Origin: an uncultured Clostridia bacterium
Lineage (GTDB): Bacteria; Bacillota; Clostridia; Christensenellales; UBA1242
Direction: 5' to 3'
Length of the DNA: 64,000 nt
Assembly (NCBI GenBank): GCA_947649575.1
Contig: CANSRZ010000002.1
Coordinates: 4,049-68,048, forward strand
The number at the start of each line of letters is the position of its first letter. Within the stretch, counting starts at the first letter, position 1. Shown in pieces: positions 40,010 through 47,691 of this stretch. The translations under genes were made by a program, and so were the position numbers. Under the pieces are notes generated by a model. The model ran no database searches. It saw only the letters and a list, made by a program, of their open reading frames with translations, and was not told the origin of the DNA.

Positions 40010-40834
40010 TTAAATTTTTAACCAATCAGGATTTTTTTGAAATATTTTTCCATTTAAATATTCAAGCTGATTATTTAATCCATTTAATTTTAAATAACAA
40101 CAAAATAATTGTTGTGTTTTTTTCTTGAATTTTTTATTGTCTGTATTTTTGCCATATTTTCCATCACCAATAATTGCATGCCCCAAATATGCAAGGTGTG
40201 CTCTTATTTGATGAGTTTTTCCTGTCAACAAGTCACATTCAACAATGCTGCTTGTTGGATTTGATTTCAATGTTTTAAATGCTGTTTTTATCTCTTTTCT
40301 GCCTTTCCCTGCATTTGCAAAAATTCTAACTTGACTGTTTTCGCTATCTTTGCCTAGATATGCTTTATATGTTTCGCCATTAAAAGCGGTTGCTCCAACA
40401 ACTTCTGCAAGATACTTTTTGGTGATTTTATGATTTTTAAAAGCTTCCAACAAAATATCTTTTGCAATCTTGTTTTTCGCCATAATCATAAGTCCCTCTG
40501 TGTTGCGGTCAAGCCTATGCACTGCCATAGAGCCAGTAATCTTACCCTCTAAACCGTCAACGCCCTCCACTTCAATACCTGTCTTTTTGTCAAGCACAAT
40601 AACATTGTCATCTTCAAACACAATTTCATAACCTTGGCTTAGCGCGCTTGCCTCATAAAAGACTGTAATTTGGCTGCCTTGCTCAATCATCAAATTATCT
40701 TTAATTCTTATGTCATCAACCTTAACGTCTTTGTTTCTTAACAGTTTACACACATAATTGTATGAAAAACCCCTCTTGCAAAGAATGTTTGCAAGTTTAT
40801 CTTGCCTATCATTTATAAAACTTAACTTTTCCAT
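40010..40834 (-). CDS. RluA-family pseudouridine synthase with an N-terminal S4-like domain
   Basis: 274 aa with the motifs HRLDRNTEGLMIMAKN and GKTHQIRAHLAYLGHAIIGDGKYG. Confidence 0.8.
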   Translation of the reverse strand: MEKLSFINDRQDKLANILCKRGFSYNYVCKLLRNKDVKVDDIRIKDNLMIEQGSQITVFYEASALSQGYEIVFEDDNVIVLDKKTGIEVEGVDGLEGKITGSMAVHRLDRNTEGLMIMAKNKIAKDILLEAFKNHKITKKYLAEVVGATAFNGETYKAYLGKDSENSQVRIFANAGKGRKEIKTAFKTLKSNPTSSIVECDLLTGKTHQIRAHLAYLGHAIIGDGKYGKNTDNKKFKKKTQQLFCCYLKLNGLNNQLEYLNGKIFQKNPDWLKI

Positions 40835-40921
40835 AAAAATATTTTAGCACATTTTGCTGGGTTTTGTACATAATTTTCATAAATTTTTAACTTATTTAAT
40901 AAAATACAGCAGGAGAATATT

Positions 40922-41176
40922 ATGAACGAAATTATCACAATAGAAAATTCATCAAACATTTCTATCAAAGGAGCAACAAAAGTTGCATCTTCCACAAGCA
41001 CGCAAGCAATAGTCGAAACTTCTGAGAACACTCTTGTTATATCTGGTCAAAACCTAGAAGTGCGTAAACTTGACCTTGAAAATGGTGAAGTAGTATTCTT
41101 AGGCAAGATAACAAACATCAAATTTGCACCTATTGGCAACAGCAAAACTCCATTTTTAAAAAGACTTTTTAAATAA
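40922..41176 (+). CDS. yabP: Sporulation protein YabP
   Basis: 84 aa with the pattern ITIENSSNISIKGATKV...LVISGQNLEVRKLDLENGEVVFLGKITNIKF. It sits directly upstream of a yabQ-like gene. SD is aggag. Confidence 0.7.
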   Translation: MNEIITIENSSNISIKGATKVASSTSTQAIVETSENTLVISGQNLEVRKLDLENGEVVFLGKITNIKFAPIGNSKTPFLKRLFK

Positions 41177-41256
41177 ATAGTCCCTGTGCTGGGCAATAGT
41201 CTTGCCAGTTCCGTGACAAACTTGCAACTGCGATTGATAAAAAATAAAAGGATGCT

Positions 41257-41646
41257 ATGCTATATCCAACATTAAATCAGCCTTATGTTTTTATAATGAT
41301 ATTTTTGACTGGACTTGCTTGCGGTTTATTTTTTGACGCTTCTAATTTTTTAGCACAACTTTTCAACAAAAATAAAATTATTACGCAAATTTTATACACT
41401 ATTTCGACATTTTTAAGCATATTTACGCTGTTTTTTGTAAATTTAGATGTAAACTTTGGGCAATTTAGAATTTTTATTGTTTTAACATTTTTATTCTCTT
41501 TCTTAATAGAACGTTGGACTATTGGCAATTTTTTAAACAAATTATTTATTAAAAGCAAGAAGCAATTTAATATTAAACTGCCATGTTTTAAACTTAAAAA
41601 GCATCGTAAAACTCATTCAAAACAAGAGGATGATAAAAATAATTAA
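41257..41646 (+). CDS. yabQ: Spore cortex biosynthesis protein YabQ-like membrane protein
   Basis: 129 aa with 3-4 TM helices. The position after yabP matches the Bacillus/Clostridium gene order. Confidence 0.6.
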   Translation: MLYPTLNQPYVFIMIFLTGLACGLFFDASNFLAQLFNKNKIITQILYTISTFLSIFTLFFVNLDVNFGQFRIFIVLTFLFSFLIERWTIGNFLNKLFIKSKKQFNIKLPCFKLKKHRKTHSKQEDDKNN

Positions 41647-41675
41647 AACTTTTTTAAAAATTTTTACATTTTTTA

Positions 41676-41704
41676 TTGACAAATGTTTTATAATTTGATA
41701 TTAT
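41676..41704 (+). promoter_or_regulatory. Consensus promoter of the tRNA-Asn locus
   Basis: TTGACA-aatgttttataatttga(17)-TATTAT. The 5' tRNA fragment starts about 24 nt after the predicted start site. Confidence 0.6.
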
Positions 41705-41734
41705 AGCATTGCAATTATATTGCAAAAGCAACAA

Positions 41735-41761
41735 TCCCCTATAGCTCAGTCGGTAGAGCAC
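41735..41761 (+). pseudogene. 5' fragment (nt 1-27: acceptor strand plus D arm) of a disrupted tRNA-Asn copy
   Basis: tcccctatagctcagtcggtagagcac is identical to the first 27 nt of the intact gene at 41858. It then diverges into repeat R. Confidence 0.8.
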
Positions 41762-41763
41762 GG

Positions 41764-41822
41764 GGCTGTGCGCCAAGGACTGCCAAGTCCTGCGTATGGA
41801 GCGTTAGCGTAATTAAACCGAG
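41764..41822 (+). repeat. Repeat R, copy 1 (59 nt, contains an extended hairpin)
   Basis: Sequence: ggctgtgcgccaaggactgccaagtcctgcgtatggagcgttagcgtaattaaaccgag. The first 40 nt are identical to copy 2. The hairpin is tgcgc-ca-aggact-gcca-agtcct-gcgta. Confidence 0.85.
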
Positions 41823-41823
41823 G

Positions 41824-41844
41824 CTCGGTTAATCAGCCGAGTGC
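41824..41844 (-). repeat. Inverted copy of the tRNA-Asn anticodon arm (with 1 extra nt)
   Basis: The reverse complement gcactcggctgAttaaccgag matches tRNA nt 24-43, gcactcggctgttaaccgag. It creates the palindromic junction aaccgag-g-ctcggtt with the end of R. Confidence 0.75.
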
Positions 41845-41857
41845 AAAAATTTTATAT

Positions 41858-41933
41858 TCCCCTATAGCTCAGTCGGTAGAGCACTCGGCTGTTAACCGAG
41901 TTGTCGTAGGTTCGAGTCCTACTGGGGGAGCCA
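41858..41933 (+). tRNA. tRNA-Asn(GTT): tRNA-Asn (anticodon GUU), CCA encoded
   Basis: Hand-folded cloverleaf. Acceptor is tccccta/tggggga, D arm gctc/gagc, anticodon arm ctcgg-CTGTTAA-ccgag, T arm gtagg-ttcgagt-cctac. Total 76 nt. Confidence 0.9.
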
Positions 41934-41937
41934 GACA

Positions 41938-41967
41938 AGATTGTAAGGTAATTACAATCTTTTTTTG
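41938..41967 (+). terminator. Intrinsic terminator after tRNA-Asn
   Basis: agattgtaa-ggta-attacaatct followed by ttttttt. Confidence 0.6.
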
Positions 41968-41985
41968 TTAAAGTTAACTGCCGGA

Positions 41986-42043
41986 GGCTGTGCGCCAAGG
42001 ACTGCCAAGTCCTGCGTATGGAGCGAAGCGGAATTAAACCGAG
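41986..42043 (+). repeat. Repeat R, copy 2 (58 nt)
   Basis: Sequence: ggctgtgcgccaaggactgccaagtcctgcgtatggagcgaagcggaattaaaccgag. By eye it differs from copy 1 by 2 substitutions and a 1-nt indel. Confidence 0.85.
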
Positions 42044-42076
42044 TTGTCGTAGGTTCGAGTCCTACTGGGGGAGCCA
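42039..42076 (+). pseudogene. 3' fragment (nt 39-76, including CCA) of tRNA-Asn fused to repeat R
   Basis: ccgagttgtcgtaggttcgagtcctactgggggagcca is identical to the 3' part of the intact gene. No 5' acceptor strand lies upstream. Confidence 0.8.
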
Positions 42077-42082
42077 TAAAAT

Positions 42083-42112
42083 AAGAACCTGTTTATAACT
42101 GGTTCTTTTTTA
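42083..42112 (+). terminator. Intrinsic terminator after the 3' tRNA fragment
   Basis: aagaacc-tgtttataact-ggttctt followed by ttttatt. Confidence 0.55.
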
Positions 42113-42188
42113 TTTACTTTTTAAGCGAACCTGTGAACAACCAAAAAGCACACCCCCTGCCCTGTCCGCTTTTTATTTGTTCGCATCC

Positions 42189-42212
42189 GTTCGAGTCCTA
42201 CTGGGGGAGCCA
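42189..42212 (+). pseudogene. Second tRNA-Asn 3' fragment (T loop to CCA, nt 53-76)
   Basis: gttcgagtcctactgggggagcca is identical to the intact gene. The sequence upstream of it is unrelated. Confidence 0.75.
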
Positions 42213-42220
42213 CATGATTA

Positions 42221-42248
42221 AAGCAGCGGCCAGGCTGCTTCTTTTTTA
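42221..42248 (+). terminator. Intrinsic terminator after the second fragment
   Basis: aagcagc-ggccag-gctgctt followed by cttttttatttt. Confidence 0.55.
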
Positions 42249-42299
42249 TTTTGCTTCAAATCAATTGCTTTTTTCAAAAAGTTATTGTACAATGTGAAT

Positions 42300-42455
42300 A
42301 TGAAAGACAAAATTTGGAAAATTTTAGGTTGGATTTTATTGATAGCTTTATTTGTAACTGTTATTGTTACAAGCATTATTATATCCAATAAAAAGAAAGC
42401 AACAGAAGATATTCCAGATATAGAACAAGCATGCATAGTATATCAAATAAATTAA
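42300..42455 (+). CDS. Possible 51-aa single-pass membrane peptide (below the ORF-track cut-off)
   Basis: The ATG at 42300 gives MKDKIWKILGWILLIALFVTVIVTSIIISNKKKATEDIPDIEQACIVYQIN. This is more protein-like than the antisense 72-aa track ORF. No clear SD. Confidence 0.3.
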   Translation: MKDKIWKILGWILLIALFVTVIVTSIIISNKKKATEDIPDIEQACIVYQIN

Positions 42456-42610
42456 AACATAGTGTTGACAATGCTATGTTTTTTTGATATAATCAAAAAG
42501 TCGATTTTATTTTGAGTTAATTATATTAATTTTTATAAAATATTGCATTGTTTTCACTTTTTGCTTGACAACCCCCCCGCAATATAATAGGTCAGATGGA
42601 GGTTATTCTT

Positions 42611-44491
42611 ATGAAAAAAGAAAAAATTGAAAAGCCAAAAAAGGTGAAAAAGCCGAGCATTGTTCCATACTTAAAAAAATACAGAGGCATTATTTTCTTA
42701 TATATATTGATTTATTTAATTGGCTGTGCTGTTGACATTTTTTTAACTATTATTTTCGCCCATTCTATTGAACTTATCACTGAAGGTGCTTTTAGAAGTG
42801 CAATCATTGCGTTTGCAATTCTTATAGGCATCACCGTTGCGGAAAAAGGCCTTTGGTATTCTGTCAATTTGATATATTATAAATACTCAAACAAAATTAT
42901 GTCTGAACTTAATCTTGATCTTGCTAAGCAAGCATTTAAATTAAATTCCAAATCGTATAGCGATCACGATACAGGCACATTTGTGCAACGCATTGTTGAA
43001 GATCCTGCCCGCATAATTGACAACCTTTCAAATTTAATTGATACGATTATGTCAATTGCAACATCTCTTGTAATGTTTATATATATCGCTACTCTTAACA
43101 TTTGGGTTTCTCTTGCTTTCTTGGTTATTGTTGTTATCGGTTTCTTAATTGAATATTACAGAATGAAATTTCGCAGAAAGCACCGTTCAATTGTTCGCAA
43201 GAAAAATGACAAGATTCATTCTCTTACAACTGAGATAGTTCGAAGCGAAAAAGACATAAAATCGCTTGGCCTTGAACAGCAACTTAGCACAGTGTCTAAA
43301 GAAAACTATGAAGATTATAGAAAATCAAGATACAAAATGGATATTGCGAATCATAGTTTTTGGGCTACAACAAACTTTGTTGTTAATATAGGCACTCTAT
43401 TAGTCTTGCTTTTAGGCATATTCCTTATGGATAAAGCAACAATAAGCCTTGCAACATTTATGATTATTTATTCAAACAGAGGCTCGCTTTGGGATCTTAT
43501 TCATGGAGCTGGTCAAATTGCAAATACAATTATTGACATAAAAGTTTCACATGGCAGAATGTTTTCACTGTTTGACGAAAAAGAATTTATCACTGAAAAA
43601 TTTGGCGACAAAAATCTTGAAAATGTTATTGGAGAAATTGAGTTCAAAAATGTTTCCTATACTTATAAAGAATATGAATACATAAATCCATATGAGCAGA
43701 AGAATAACAGCGGGGAGGGGAATTCAAACACAAATTCATCTGACACAGCCAAAACTAAAAAGCCAAAAAAGAAAAAGGGATGGTTTTCTTATGAGCCTAA
43801 GCTTGTTTCAGAAAATAAAATTTTTGAAAATTTGAACTTTAAGGTCACACCTAACACTACTGTTGCCTTTGTGGGAAAAAGCGGAAGCGGAAAATCTACG
43901 ATTTTAAACTTAATGTCAAAAATGTTTGAAGTTGACGGCGGTGAAGTGTTAATCGACGGCCATAACATCAACGACTTAAACAAAGATACTTTAAGACGAA
44001 CCATTTCGCTGGTCAATCAATTTCCTTACATTTTTGACATGACAATTGAAGAGAATTTGAAACTTGCAAAAGCGGATGCTACGCAAGAAGAACTTGAAAA
44101 GGCAATTGCAAAAGCCTCGCTTTCAGAATTTGTTGAAAGTTTGCCTAAAAAACTGGAAACCAAAGTTGGCGAAAGCGGAATAAAGCTTTCAGGTGGTCAA
44201 AAGCAACGTCTTGCCATTGCAAGAGCATTGCTCCGAAACTCACCTATCATCATATTTGACGAAAGCACAAGTTCTTTGGACAACTTTGCTCAAGAAGAGG
44301 TTAAGAAAAGTATTGACGGACTTAAAGGCAAAAGCACAATTGTTATTGTTGCACACAGACTTTCAACAATCAAAAATGTGGATAAAATATTTTTCTTGGA
44401 TAACGGCTTGATTGTTGACGCAGGCACATTTGATGAACTTTTTGAGCGTAATGAAAAATTCAAATCTATGTTCTTAGCAGAAAATATTTAA
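42611..44491 (+). CDS. ABC transporter, fused permease/ATP-binding protein (MsbA/exporter type) with a low-complexity insert in the NBD
   Basis: Six-TM N-terminal half. Walker A is GKSGSGKST, the signature is LSGGQKQR, and Walker B is IIIFDEST. I placed the start at the ATG at 42611, 8 nt after ggagg. Confidence 0.85.
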   Translation: MKKEKIEKPKKVKKPSIVPYLKKYRGIIFLYILIYLIGCAVDIFLTIIFAHSIELITEGAFRSAIIAFAILIGITVAEKGLWYSVNLIYYKYSNKIMSELNLDLAKQAFKLNSKSYSDHDTGTFVQRIVEDPARIIDNLSNLIDTIMSIATSLVMFIYIATLNIWVSLAFLVIVVIGFLIEYYRMKFRRKHRSIVRKKNDKIHSLTTEIVRSEKDIKSLGLEQQLSTVSKENYEDYRKSRYKMDIANHSFWATTNFVVNIGTLLVLLLGIFLMDKATISLATFMIIYSNRGSLWDLIHGAGQIANTIIDIKVSHGRMFSLFDEKEFITEKFGDKNLENVIGEIEFKNVSYTYKEYEYINPYEQKNNSGEGNSNTNSSDTAKTKKPKKKKGWFSYEPKLVSENKIFENLNFKVTPNTTVAFVGKSGSGKSTILNLMSKMFEVDGGEVLIDGHNINDLNKDTLRRTISLVNQFPYIFDMTIEENLKLAKADATQEELEKAIAKASLSEFVESLPKKLETKVGESGIKLSGGQKQRLAIARALLRNSPIIIFDESTSSLDNFAQEEVKKSIDGLKGKSTIVIVAHRLSTIKNVDKIFFLDNGLIVDAGTFDELFERNEKFKSMFLAENI

Positions 44492-44502
44492 TAATAGCGA
44501 AT

Positions 44503-44530
44503 AAAAAAACGGCTGTTACAGTCGTTTTTT
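44503..44530. terminator. Bidirectional intrinsic terminator
   Basis: aaaaaaacggctgt-ta-cagtcgttttttt between convergent genes. Confidence 0.6.
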
Positions 44531-45102
44531 TATTTTTTAAGTTCTTCAAATGTTATTTTTGCGTTCATAAGAGCATAAGCGCGATATTGTTTTCTTTTGA
44601 TTTGCGGACGTTGCAAAAAGAATAGGTCAACAGCTTCCCACAAGAAAACCCAACCTGCAATAGAAATCATTTCAAGTATCATATCATAAGTAAAAAACAA
44701 AGACAGCACAATAACTACTGCAAACCATACAAAACCTGCAAGCATAAGCATTAGCGTTGCCAACAAATTGGTCTTTAACTTTACTTGCAATTCCAAAAAT
44801 GTATTTTCATAATAATTTTTTATCCCCTTAGAGAAAACCTCTTTTTCTTTATCATCAATCACATTGCTTTTGATAACAAGCGACAAATCTTTTCTATGAT
44901 GTACTGGTCTAATCGAATGTTCCAAAAAGCCAGCAGTTTCACTGCTTATCAAAACATCGTTATCCTCGCCATAAGGCGACAAAAATCCGCTGTCGTCCAG
45001 CACGTTAACATTGACAACTGCTCTGCCCTCTTCATCATAAATCTGCCTTTCTTCTTTGGCAAGTTCCTTTTCTTTATCCTTTAACTGTTTTCTTAAAATC
45101 AT
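44530..45102 (-). CDS. Hypothetical membrane protein (soluble N-terminal half, 2 C-terminal TM helices)
   Basis: 190 aa with SD aaggag. TM segments are LLATLMLMLAGFVWFAVVIVLSLFF and MISIAGWVFLWEAVDLFF. Confidence 0.6.
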   Translation of the reverse strand: MILRKQLKDKEKELAKEERQIYDEEGRAVVNVNVLDDSGFLSPYGEDNDVLISSETAGFLEHSIRPVHHRKDLSLVIKSNVIDDKEKEVFSKGIKNYYENTFLELQVKLKTNLLATLMLMLAGFVWFAVVIVLSLFFTYDMILEMISIAGWVFLWEAVDLFFLQRPQIKRKQYRAYALMNAKITFEELKK

Positions 45103-45150
45103 ATTTTCTCCTTGCAGTTATTTTAGCATAATAAAAACAAAATGTTAAAC

Positions 45151-45177
45151 AAAAAAAGCGCTGATTGCGCTTTTTTT
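45151..45177. terminator. Intrinsic terminator
   Basis: aaaaaaagcgc-tgat-tgcgcttttttt. Confidence 0.6.
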
Positions 45178-45212
45178 ATATTAAGTTTTATTTATCAGAC
45201 GGTCGCCAAGCG

Positions 45213-45728
45213 TTACGCTTGTGGAGCAGCTTCAAGTGTAAAGGCTTCTTGGTCCACAATAAATTTATACTTGACAGATGTTTCACTATTCCAATTGATT
45301 GTTAATGTAAAATCAGTGCTTTGCTCTGAAATTGATTTGATAAGCGTAAATGAATTTTCATTGCCATTATCAAATGGATTTAAGCTGTTATTATTCATAA
45401 TATATGATGGATTTTCAACTTTCACATCTTTATCAGGTTTTACTGTGATGGCAACATAATGTTTTGTATCATAATCGCCATAATAAAGTGCCTTTCCTGT
45501 ATTATCGTCATACTTTACTGTGCCTGTAAGTTTCCAAACTCCGTTAAAACCCTCTTGATCAGCTTGCTTTTCCCACATGGAAGCGGCTACTGAATATGAA
45601 TTATTTTCATAAGTTCCGCTGTATTGACCAAAGGTTACAAGTTCGTTTTTTCCACAGCCTGCAAAACCAACAGCTGTTAAAGCACAAATTCCAAGCGTTC
45701 CGATTTTTGTTAAAGTTTTAATTTTCAT
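45213..45728 (-). CDS. Small lipoprotein (171 aa)
   Basis: Signal peptide with the lipobox GFAGC. SD is gggagg. Confidence 0.65.
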   Translation of the reverse strand: MKIKTLTKIGTLGICALTAVGFAGCGKNELVTFGQYSGTYENNSYSVAASMWEKQADQEGFNGVWKLTGTVKYDDNTGKALYYGDYDTKHYVAITVKPDKDVKVENPSYIMNNNSLNPFDNGNENSFTLIKSISEQSTDFTLTINWNSETSVKYKFIVDQEAFTLEAAPQA

Positions 45729-45789
45729 TATTCCCTCCCGCTGTTATTGTGTGCAGGAATTAGAAAATTATTCAATTTATATTTTAACT

Positions 45790-46848
45790 TTAAACAATTA
45801 TATCACTTTCTTCATCTAAACTGCCCATTGCCAACGCTTGATTTTTATAACGCTTGTCCTCAGTGATTTCTTCACCAAACCAAGCTGGAACTTCAAAGGC
45901 TTTTGCCTCTTTAACGCTTGCAAATTCCACTTCGACAGTTTTTAAGCCATTGACAGGTGACTTATATATATCAATCTCAGCGTTTTTGGCGCTTCCAAGC
46001 GAATAAACATGTCTAGTCTTTAAAATGAGACTGCCTACCGTTTGTTTTAAAAGTTCATCAAACACGACCTTATCAATGTTTTGCTCATATTCCTTACGTT
46101 CAAGCCCAGAGCCTGCCTTGATTGTGTGGACAAATTTATTATCATCAATACTTCGCACACGTTCCTCAACATCACCTGTTCTTAAATAGCCTTGAATAAC
46201 CTCATGTTTTTTGCACTTTTTAATATCCTTTGGCATCTCTTTAACCAAAAACTTACGTTCAATTTCCGCGCTGTTTTGTTTTTTGCTTTCTTTTTCAACT
46301 TTTCTTAGTTTTTCCATAAGGTCGCATGTAATTATTTGCATACACGGATCAGTTGATTTTAATTCTTGCATATCCACTTCCATATCTTTCAAGAGTCTAT
46401 GCATATCATGTGCGTCTTTGTCGGCTTCTTCCTCGGTCTGATATCTTCCTAATTTAACATATGGATGATTGCGCCAAATAAAGTAATTCATATTGTCAAA
46501 GAACTTTGCGCAATCCTTAACAACTGCAATTATCGCCTCTTGGCTTACTGTTTCCTTACCGTTCTCCAAAAGCCTCATATTGTAAAATGGACTAAAATAG
46601 AGAGGGCTGTCACATATAAGCACCTGAACATCTCCTCTTGTTATTCTCATATTATATTCTTGATTTGCCAAAAGATAAAGTTGGTCGTCTATCGCCATTT
46701 GATTTTTTTCATAAACCTTTTGCTTTGCAAACTCGTTTATATATTCGCAGTTTACCCCCATTTTTTTGAGCGACGTTGCAAGCTCCAAGGCAATTGTGCT
46801 TTTGCCGCTTCCTGCCCCACCTAATAAGTTAATTACAATTTGTTTCAT
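45790..46848 (-). CDS. Fusion protein: N-terminal P-loop kinase/ATPase (NadR ribosylnicotinamide-kinase/AAA_28-like) plus C-terminal CYTH (triphosphate tunnel) domain
   Basis: The P-loop is LLGGAGSGKST, with EYINEFAKQ...ICDSP spacing as in NadR-type kinases. From about residue 195, EIERKFLV (the ExExK signature) opens a CYTH-like fold ending in ...VEVEF...EEITEDKRYKNQ. Confidence 0.6.
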   Translation of the reverse strand: MKQIVINLLGGAGSGKSTIALELATSLKKMGVNCEYINEFAKQKVYEKNQMAIDDQLYLLANQEYNMRITRGDVQVLICDSPLYFSPFYNMRLLENGKETVSQEAIIAVVKDCAKFFDNMNYFIWRNHPYVKLGRYQTEEEADKDAHDMHRLLKDMEVDMQELKSTDPCMQIITCDLMEKLRKVEKESKKQNSAEIERKFLVKEMPKDIKKCKKHEVIQGYLRTGDVEERVRSIDDNKFVHTIKAGSGLERKEYEQNIDKVVFDELLKQTVGSLILKTRHVYSLGSAKNAEIDIYKSPVNGLKTVEVEFASVKEAKAFEVPAWFGEEITEDKRYKNQALAMGSLDEESDIIV

Positions 46849-46990
46849 AATTTTTCTCCTTTTTTGCCAATGGCACTTTTATTTGTTGCTTTTGTCATGA
46901 GTCAACAATTATTTCTGGTTTGTGTAACTTTTACACATCACGCCTCCTTTTTAAAAGTGGCAATGCCACTTTATGTGTTAACAGCATTTT

Positions 46991-47662
46991 TTAAAGCATA
47001 TTTAACTTCTTTGGCTGTTTAGCAAATTTATACAATTTTGCTGGTTTGCCTTGTCCCTCTTGAACCTTGCCTGTATCTTCAATGATATTGAGTGCAAGCA
47101 GGCGTTTTCGGAAGTTGCGTCGATCAATTGTTTTGTTCAAAATGCCCTCATAAGCCTTATGAACTTCTGGCAAAGTGAAAGTGTCTGGAAATAGGTCCTT
47201 TAAGATTGTGCTATCAAAAATCTGTTCTTTAAGATAGTCAATAGCTTTTTCAAGAATTTCCCTGTGGTCATAGCCAAACTCTGGAACGCGGTCAATTTGA
47301 AACCAATCGGCATCCTGAGTTTTTGCTGTTTCTTTCAAAAACTTGGCTTTTTTACAGTCAATCAGTCCAATATGAGCAATCGCAATCATTCTCATAACTG
47401 GGCTTCGGTCTGGTCGAGAGAATACCTCAAACATTTTATATTTCAAGTTCTTCATTCCAGTCTTTTCAAAAATCTCTCTATCCATTGCCGTTTTGACGTC
47501 TTCATTGTTATAGCACGCTCCGCCAATCATAATCCACTTGTCTTTGTATGGTTGATTTTTACGCTTGATAAGAAGCACTTTAAACTTGCCCTCTTCCACT
47601 GTGAACAAAGCAAGCACAACATGAATTCCCTGATTTTTGTAAAGCGGATTATTCTTTTCCAT
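46991..47662 (-). CDS. NrtR-like regulator (Nudix domain fused to a C-terminal winged helix)
   Basis: The Nudix box is GGACYNNEDVKTAMDREIFEKTG (GX5EX7REIxEKxG, with the second Glu of the EE pair replaced by Lys). The C-terminal part is LPEVHKAYEGILNKTIDRRNFRKRLLALNIIEDTGK...GKPAKLYKF. Confidence 0.65.
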   Translation of the reverse strand: MEKNNPLYKNQGIHVVLALFTVEEGKFKVLLIKRKNQPYKDKWIMIGGACYNNEDVKTAMDREIFEKTGMKNLKYKMFEVFSRPDRSPVMRMIAIAHIGLIDCKKAKFLKETAKTQDADWFQIDRVPEFGYDHREILEKAIDYLKEQIFDSTILKDLFPDTFTLPEVHKAYEGILNKTIDRRNFRKRLLALNIIEDTGKVQEGQGKPAKLYKFAKQPKKLNML

Positions 47663-47691
47663 AACATCTCCCTTTTGAAAGCTTCAACCCT

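Noticed and set aside
40822-41031. The 69-aa minus-strand ORF overlapping the yabP start and the RluA-family gene start.
   Set aside because: It overlaps two better-supported genes and has no SD.
41735-42076. A split tRNA (Nanoarchaeum-style 5' and 3' half genes joined in trans), or a tRNA with an anticodon-loop intron.
   Set aside because: The sequences attached to the two halves (repeat R) are direct copies, not complementary, so they cannot pair to bring the halves together. Joining half, R and half does not restore an anticodon stem (cgggg versus ccgag). An intact tRNA-Asn is also present.
42218-42436. The 72-aa minus-strand track ORF downstream of the tRNA locus.
   Set aside because: It would have to read through the terminator of the tRNA fragment and has no SD. 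The plus-strand 51-aa membrane peptide (42300-42455) is a better, though still weak, reading of this segment.
42565-42588. TTGACA and TATAAT hexamers directly upstream of the ABC transporter gene.
   Set aside because: The spacer is only 12 nt, so they cannot form a functional sigma-A promoter as a pair. The better-spaced pair further upstream (ttgaca-17-tataat around 42470-42500) is more plausible but was not annotated with confidence.
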